A model generated the notes under the pieces. That model did not search any database. It saw only the letters and a program-made list of their open reading frames with translations, and was not told the origin of the DNA. Both the position numbers and the translations under genes were made by a program. From positions 1-37,399 of IMG/VR virus record IMGVR_UViG_3300045988_077516: a stretch of DNA of 37,399 nucleotides; one strand, written 5' to 3'. Within the stretch, counting starts at the first letter, position 1; the number at the start of each line of letters is the position of its first letter. The DNA comes from a virus. Positions 33,855-37,399 of the stretch are shown here, in pieces.

Positions 33855-34556
33855 ATGGAACAGTTGAAGATTTTTGAGAGCGAAGAATTTGGCAGTATCC
33901 GAACCGTGACGAGAGATGGAGAAGTCTGGTTCGTCGGGAAAGATGTGGCAGAAAAACTGGGGTACAAAAACACTGCTGATGCTATCGGGACACATGTAGA
34001 TAATGATGATAAGCTGTCATCGCAAATCGCGATGGCAGGTCAAATGAGAAACGTGGTGCTTATCAATGAATCTGGTATGTATGCTCTTATTTTTGGAAGC
34101 AAATTAGAAAGTGCACAGCGTTTCAAACGCTGGGTGACATCAGAAGTGCTGCCAGTGATCCGCAAGACAGGGAGCTATGAGATGGACGACTATTCGCCGG
34201 AGATGAAAGCAATCCTGATGCATGATAAGAAACTGGTGAAGATTGATAACCGCGTGACAGATCTGGAGAACCATATGACGATCGACTACGGGGAGCAGGT
34301 CGTTCTTGGCGATGAGGTCAACAAGGCAGTCCTGGACGCACTGGGCGGCAAGCACAGCAATGCCTACAACGAGATCGGCAAGAAAGTATTCGCGGAGTGC
34401 AACCGTGACCTGAAACACTATTTCCACGTCAACGCCCGCAACAACGTGCCGAAGAAACGCTACTATGAAGCCTTGGAATACATCCAAGAATGGAAGCCCT
34501 GCACAAATACACAGATCCAGATCCGTGACTGCAATGCACAGGTGTGTATGCCATGA
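33855..34556 (+). CDS. Bro-N domain antirepressor
   Basis: LKIFESEEFGSIRTVTRDGEVWFVGKDVAEKLGYKNTADAI is a Bro-N signature. AAGGAGG ribosome-binding site. Confidence 0.8.
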   Translation: MEQLKIFESEEFGSIRTVTRDGEVWFVGKDVAEKLGYKNTADAIGTHVDNDDKLSSQIAMAGQMRNVVLINESGMYALIFGSKLESAQRFKRWVTSEVLPVIRKTGSYEMDDYSPEMKAILMHDKKLVKIDNRVTDLENHMTIDYGEQVVLGDEVNKAVLDALGGKHSNAYNEIGKKVFAECNRDLKHYFHVNARNNVPKKRYYEALEYIQEWKPCTNTQIQIRDCNAQVCMP

Positions 34557-34744
34557 GCGGGGACGAGGTATTCACAATACAGGCAAGACGCTGCAAACGG
34601 TGCGGGAGACTGCTGACAAGTCAAGAGGCGGTAGAAAGAGGCTATGGCTGTCAGTGTGCCATAAAAGCGAAAAGAGAAGAAGAGGCACAGAAACCGATAC
34701 CGGGACAGCGGACGATATTCGATTATTTGGAGGATGCAGAATGA
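34553..34744 (+). CDS. Small zinc-ribbon-like protein (63 aa)
   Basis: ATGA overlap with the previous gene. RCKRCGRLLTSQEAVERGYGCQC motif. Confidence 0.55.
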   Translation: MSGDEVFTIQARRCKRCGRLLTSQEAVERGYGCQCAIKAKREEEAQKPIPGQRTIFDYLEDAE

Positions 34745-34923
34745 TTGTGACGAAATTGGACGTAGAGCAGATGTGCAGAGAATGTCCGATGTTTGAACCG
34801 GAAATAAAACACAGAAAAGCTTCTATACCAGGAAGCGTGAAATCACACCATATGCTGACGATCACGTGCAAAAATCAACTTTTTTGTCTGCTTATGTGGT
34901 GTTATCTGGAGGAGGAAAGCTGA
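34741..34923 (+). CDS. Small hypothetical protein (60 aa)
   Basis: ATGA overlap with the previous gene. It is the C-terminal portion of track ORF 34465. Confidence 0.45.
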   Translation: MIVTKLDVEQMCRECPMFEPEIKHRKASIPGSVKSHHMLTITCKNQLFCLLMWCYLEEES

Positions 34924-34924
34924 T

Positions 34925-35659
34925 ATGTACTATGGATTTGATGATTATTTTGAACCAGGTGAATTTGACGAGAAAATCGAAGAGTTAAAGAATGAGCTTA
35001 GGGAATCGGTGAAAAAAGAAATCAACGATGAAATCGAGAAACTGCGAAAAGAAAACAAAGAATTACAGGGGATCAAGAACAATTTTGAGTCTATCAAAAG
35101 GGACTTTGAAAGAAAAAAAGAAGAATGCGAAAGAGTAATGAAAGACGCTGAGTATCGTGCAAAACATGCAAGGCTGGCAGAACTGATGGAGCAGATGAAA
35201 CTTGTATTATGGTCAGTAACATGGGAAGCACGATACAAGAGAAAATGTAATAAATGTGATTGCTGGAGAAACGTTAAGGTGACGTTGCCGTCTGGAAACA
35301 CTGTTTCAGACACATGCATATGTGCAAAAACTGCACGTGTGTATCATCCAAAAGAAAATGTACTGTACGAAATAGCCGATAGAGGCCTTGATTTCCGTGT
35401 GTGGTATAAAGAAAGAGGAGACAAGGGGAAAGAATATTTTATAGCTGACACAATTGCTGTGATTCCGTCAAAAATCATAGATCGTAACAAAAATTTTGAA
35501 GAAATCAATAAAAAAGAGGTTTACGGAATATTTTTTACTTCTTTTGAAGAATGCCAGGAATTTTGCAGTTATCTGAATAAAAAAGAGGGAGTCGCGGGAT
35601 ATGACTACGACAGAGAAGGCAACCTGATTGCAGAAAGTACAGGTGAGGATAATGAATAA
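34925..35659 (+). CDS. Hypothetical protein: coiled-coil N-terminus plus a Cys cluster (244 aa)
   Basis: GGAGGAGG ribosome-binding site, AT-rich sequence, KCNKCDCW...DTCIC cluster. Confidence 0.65.
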   Translation: MYYGFDDYFEPGEFDEKIEELKNELRESVKKEINDEIEKLRKENKELQGIKNNFESIKRDFERKKEECERVMKDAEYRAKHARLAELMEQMKLVLWSVTWEARYKRKCNKCDCWRNVKVTLPSGNTVSDTCICAKTARVYHPKENVLYEIADRGLDFRVWYKERGDKGKEYFIADTIAVIPSKIIDRNKNFEEINKKEVYGIFFTSFEECQEFCSYLNKKEGVAGYDYDREGNLIAESTGEDNE

Positions 35660-36089
35660 AGTAATTTTAATGGGACGGTTGACCAGAGACCCGGAGATGC
35701 GTAATTCTAACGGAGAGAGCAACACGGCAATTGCACGCTATACGCTGGCAGTTGACAGACGCTACAAGCGTGAAGGCGAAGCGGGTGCTGATTTTATCAG
35801 CTGTGTGGCGTTTGGCCGCAGTGCAGAGTTTGCAGAGAAGTATTTCCGCCAGGGGTTGAAAGTAGTGATAATCGGCCGAATCCAGACCGGAAGCTATACC
35901 AACCGGGACGGCAACAAGGTCTATACAACAGACGTGGTGGTAGAAGAGCAGGAGTTTGCGGAAAGCAAAGCATCCTCACAGAGAAACCGGGAAGAGAGCA
36001 GCCAGGAACGACCGGAGCCGATGCCGGTGGATGAGAACGGATTTATGACACTTCCGGAAGATTTTGACGAAGAGCTGCCATTTGCATGA
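35652..36089 (+). CDS. ssb: Single-stranded DNA-binding protein
   Basis: MNKVILMGRLTRDPE... OB-fold pattern and an acidic tail DFDEELPFA. AGGTGAGG lies upstream of ATG 35652. Confidence 0.9.
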   Translation: MNKVILMGRLTRDPEMRNSNGESNTAIARYTLAVDRRYKREGEAGADFISCVAFGRSAEFAEKYFRQGLKVVIIGRIQTGSYTNRDGNKVYTTDVVVEEQEFAESKASSQRNREESSQERPEPMPVDENGFMTLPEDFDEELPFA

Positions 36090-36349
36090 TGGGAAAGCAA
36101 CAATGGACAGGAGGAAAACGAGATATGAATATCGGAAAGGCACAGGCCGTTTTTGAACAGATTAGAAGCGATAAATATAGTGAGACTGAAAAACTTCAGG
36201 CGATTTGGGGTGTACTGGAGATGCCGACACATAACGGAATCACAAAAGATGCAATCTTGGAGGCATTCCGGTGGTTATTTGAGCGTGCTGTGGAGGTAGA
36301 CGATGAAGTTTCAGAAACAGTATCTGCGGATGGCAGTAACGGCAGATGA
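36086..36349 (+). CDS. Hypothetical protein (87 aa)
   Basis: ATGA overlap with ssb. Confidence 0.55.
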   Translation: MMGKQQWTGGKRDMNIGKAQAVFEQIRSDKYSETEKLQAIWGVLEMPTHNGITKDAILEAFRWLFERAVEVDDEVSETVSADGSNGR

Positions 36350-36536
36350 GTATGAGTTGCCACTGATCGTTGAGGATACGGCAGCGGCATTAGCAAGGCG
36401 GCTGGGAGTCAGTGAGAATACCGTCAGAGCAGTGGAATACCGCGGAAAAAATGAAATGTACAGAAGAACGAGAAAAGGACCGATGCCGGGCTTTGGAGTC
36501 CGGTACAAGGTCCGGAAAGTGGAGGTGGATGGATGA
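36303..36536 (+). CDS. Hypothetical HTH-like protein (77 aa)
   Basis: GGAGG lies 7 nt upstream of the ATG. AAALARRLGVSENTVRAVEYRG segment. Confidence 0.55.
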   Translation: MKFQKQYLRMAVTADEYELPLIVEDTAAALARRLGVSENTVRAVEYRGKNEMYRRTRKGPMPGFGVRYKVRKVEVDG

Positions 36537-37210
36537 GAGACATACTGTTCCGAGCAAAATTAAAAGATACGAATTACTGGGTAGAGGGATCCTATTGCAG
36601 TATGAGAGGGACGACATACTGTTTCGAGGAAGATTATAAACGGCATCCTGTACCGTTGCATCATCTGATCGCAGTAGACGAAATGACAGACTGGGGTATG
36701 CCGAACAAATTGCGACTGTATGAGATCAACCCGGAAACATTGTGCCAGTATACAGGATTGTGTGATAAGAATGGCAAGAAGATCTGGGAAAATGATATTG
36801 TACAGTACGGGGAATATACAGCTGTTGTCAGATACGGAAAATATACAGCAGGATTTTATGTTGATTTTCCAGAAGAAACAAACTACAGAAAAGATCTGGG
36901 CTACTGGTATAAAAAAGTAAGTGTGATCGGCAATGTGCTTGAAGATACAAAAGGAAACCGTCTGGAATCCCATACGGTTAGCGAATCCGGATGGATCCCG
37001 GTGACGGAGAGACTGCCGGAAAATGATGATTATGTGCTGATGTCGTTTGAAAATTTTTCTCTTCCATTGGTTGGGAGATACGTGGGCGATGAAGAATTAG
37101 GTGGTGCATGGTATCTGGGGGATTGCTTCGACGAAGATACCTGTCTGGCAAATGACCTGTTCGTCAATGCCTGGATGCCGCTGCCGAAACCATACAGGGA
37201 GGATGAGTAG
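36533..37210 (+). CDS. YopX-domain protein with a DUF551-like C-terminus
   Basis: ILFRAK...YWVEGSY...LCQYTGLCDKNGKKIWENDIV is YopX-like. WIPVTERLPENDDYVLM is DUF551-like. Confidence 0.75.
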   Translation: MRDILFRAKLKDTNYWVEGSYCSMRGTTYCFEEDYKRHPVPLHHLIAVDEMTDWGMPNKLRLYEINPETLCQYTGLCDKNGKKIWENDIVQYGEYTAVVRYGKYTAGFYVDFPEETNYRKDLGYWYKKVSVIGNVLEDTKGNRLESHTVSESGWIPVTERLPENDDYVLMSFENFSLPLVGRYVGDEELGGAWYLGDCFDEDTCLANDLFVNAWMPLPKPYREDE

Positions 37211-37211
37211 A

Positions 37212-37399
37212 ATGGCGGCTTGCAGTGATTGCCTGTGTTATTACTGCCTCTACTACTGGTCGGAGCGATGTCCCTACGGAGGGTGTTATGACGATCATAG
37301 GGCACAGGCAGATCCATACACGGATCATTATCCGGAAAGGCATCTGTGGTCAGACAGTCATAAGCCAGGAGAGCAGGCACACTGGTGCAGGGGCGGCAA
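37212..37399 (+). CDS. N-terminal part of a Cys-rich hypothetical protein (128 aa in total) that continues at nt 56-254 once the duplicated 55 nt are removed
   Basis: ATG at 37212 directly follows the stop of the YopX gene. The frame is open to the window end and continues in frame at the window start. Translation begins MAACSDCLCYYCLYYWSERCPYGGC. Confidence 0.65.
   Translation, partial: MAACSDCLCYYCLYYWSERCPYGGCYDDHRAQADPYTDHYPERHLWSDSHKPGEQAHWCRGG
37345..37399. repeat. Terminal direct repeat, identical to 1-55
   Basis: Exact 55-nt match to the window start. Confidence 0.95.

Larger units (their letters stand above)
1..37399. mobile_element. Complete temperate tailed-phage (siphovirus-type) genome on a circularly closed contig
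   Basis: All modules are present in canonical order: packaging, head, connectors, tail, lysis, attP-integrase, repressor switch, recombination/replication. The 55 nt at each end are identical. Confidence 0.9.

Noticed and set aside
1-37399. Stop-codon reassignment (TAG or TGA recoding), considered because a phage tRNA is present
   Set aside because: All large genes are intact and contiguous under the standard code, with tight gene packing. The tRNA loop does not contain CTA or TCA.

Overview
The window is a complete, circularly closed temperate siphovirus-type phage genome. It has about 37,344 unique bp, and nt 1-55 are identical to nt 37345-37399, which looks like an assembly overlap. Strong AGGAGG-type ribosome-binding sites and the gene families present suggest a Firmicutes/Clostridia host.

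Gene order on the + strand:
- small Cys-rich and hypothetical genes
- a DUF1492/ArpU-like late regulator
- a tRNA-like gene
- terS, terL, portal, and a MuF-type minor head protein
- an accessory island (small ORF, orphan adenine methyltransferase, lipoprotein)
- scaffold, major capsid, four connector genes, tail tube and chaperone
- a 1628-aa tape measure, Dit, Tal and two fibre proteins
- holin, amidase endolysin and attP

The - strand carries a tyrosine integrase, a two-gene AT-rich cassette and a CI-like repressor. The rightward early operon follows: an Xis/Cro-like HTH protein, YqaJ exonuclease, DUF1351, RecT, RusA, a replisome organiser with iterons, a Bro-N antirepressor, SSB and YopX-DUF551.

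Best candidates for something new:
1. The AT-rich XRE / TPR-like / YbjQ-fusion cassette between integrase and repressor, with its own palindromic operator. It may be an uncharacterised prophage defence or exclusion module.
2. A MuF head protein whose AT-rich C-terminal extension carries an HExxH motif. It is followed by an overlapping 52-aa ORF that is absent from the ORF track, giving a polymorphic-toxin/immunity-like layout.
3. A second operator-flanked promoter that drives a 39-aa ORF convergently into the repressor gene.
4. An attP with four copies of a 12-mer arm site, two of them inside the integrase coding sequence.
5. A tRNA-like gene with a non-canonical anticodon arm.

All family assignments come from motif recognition by eye. 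No database search was run.
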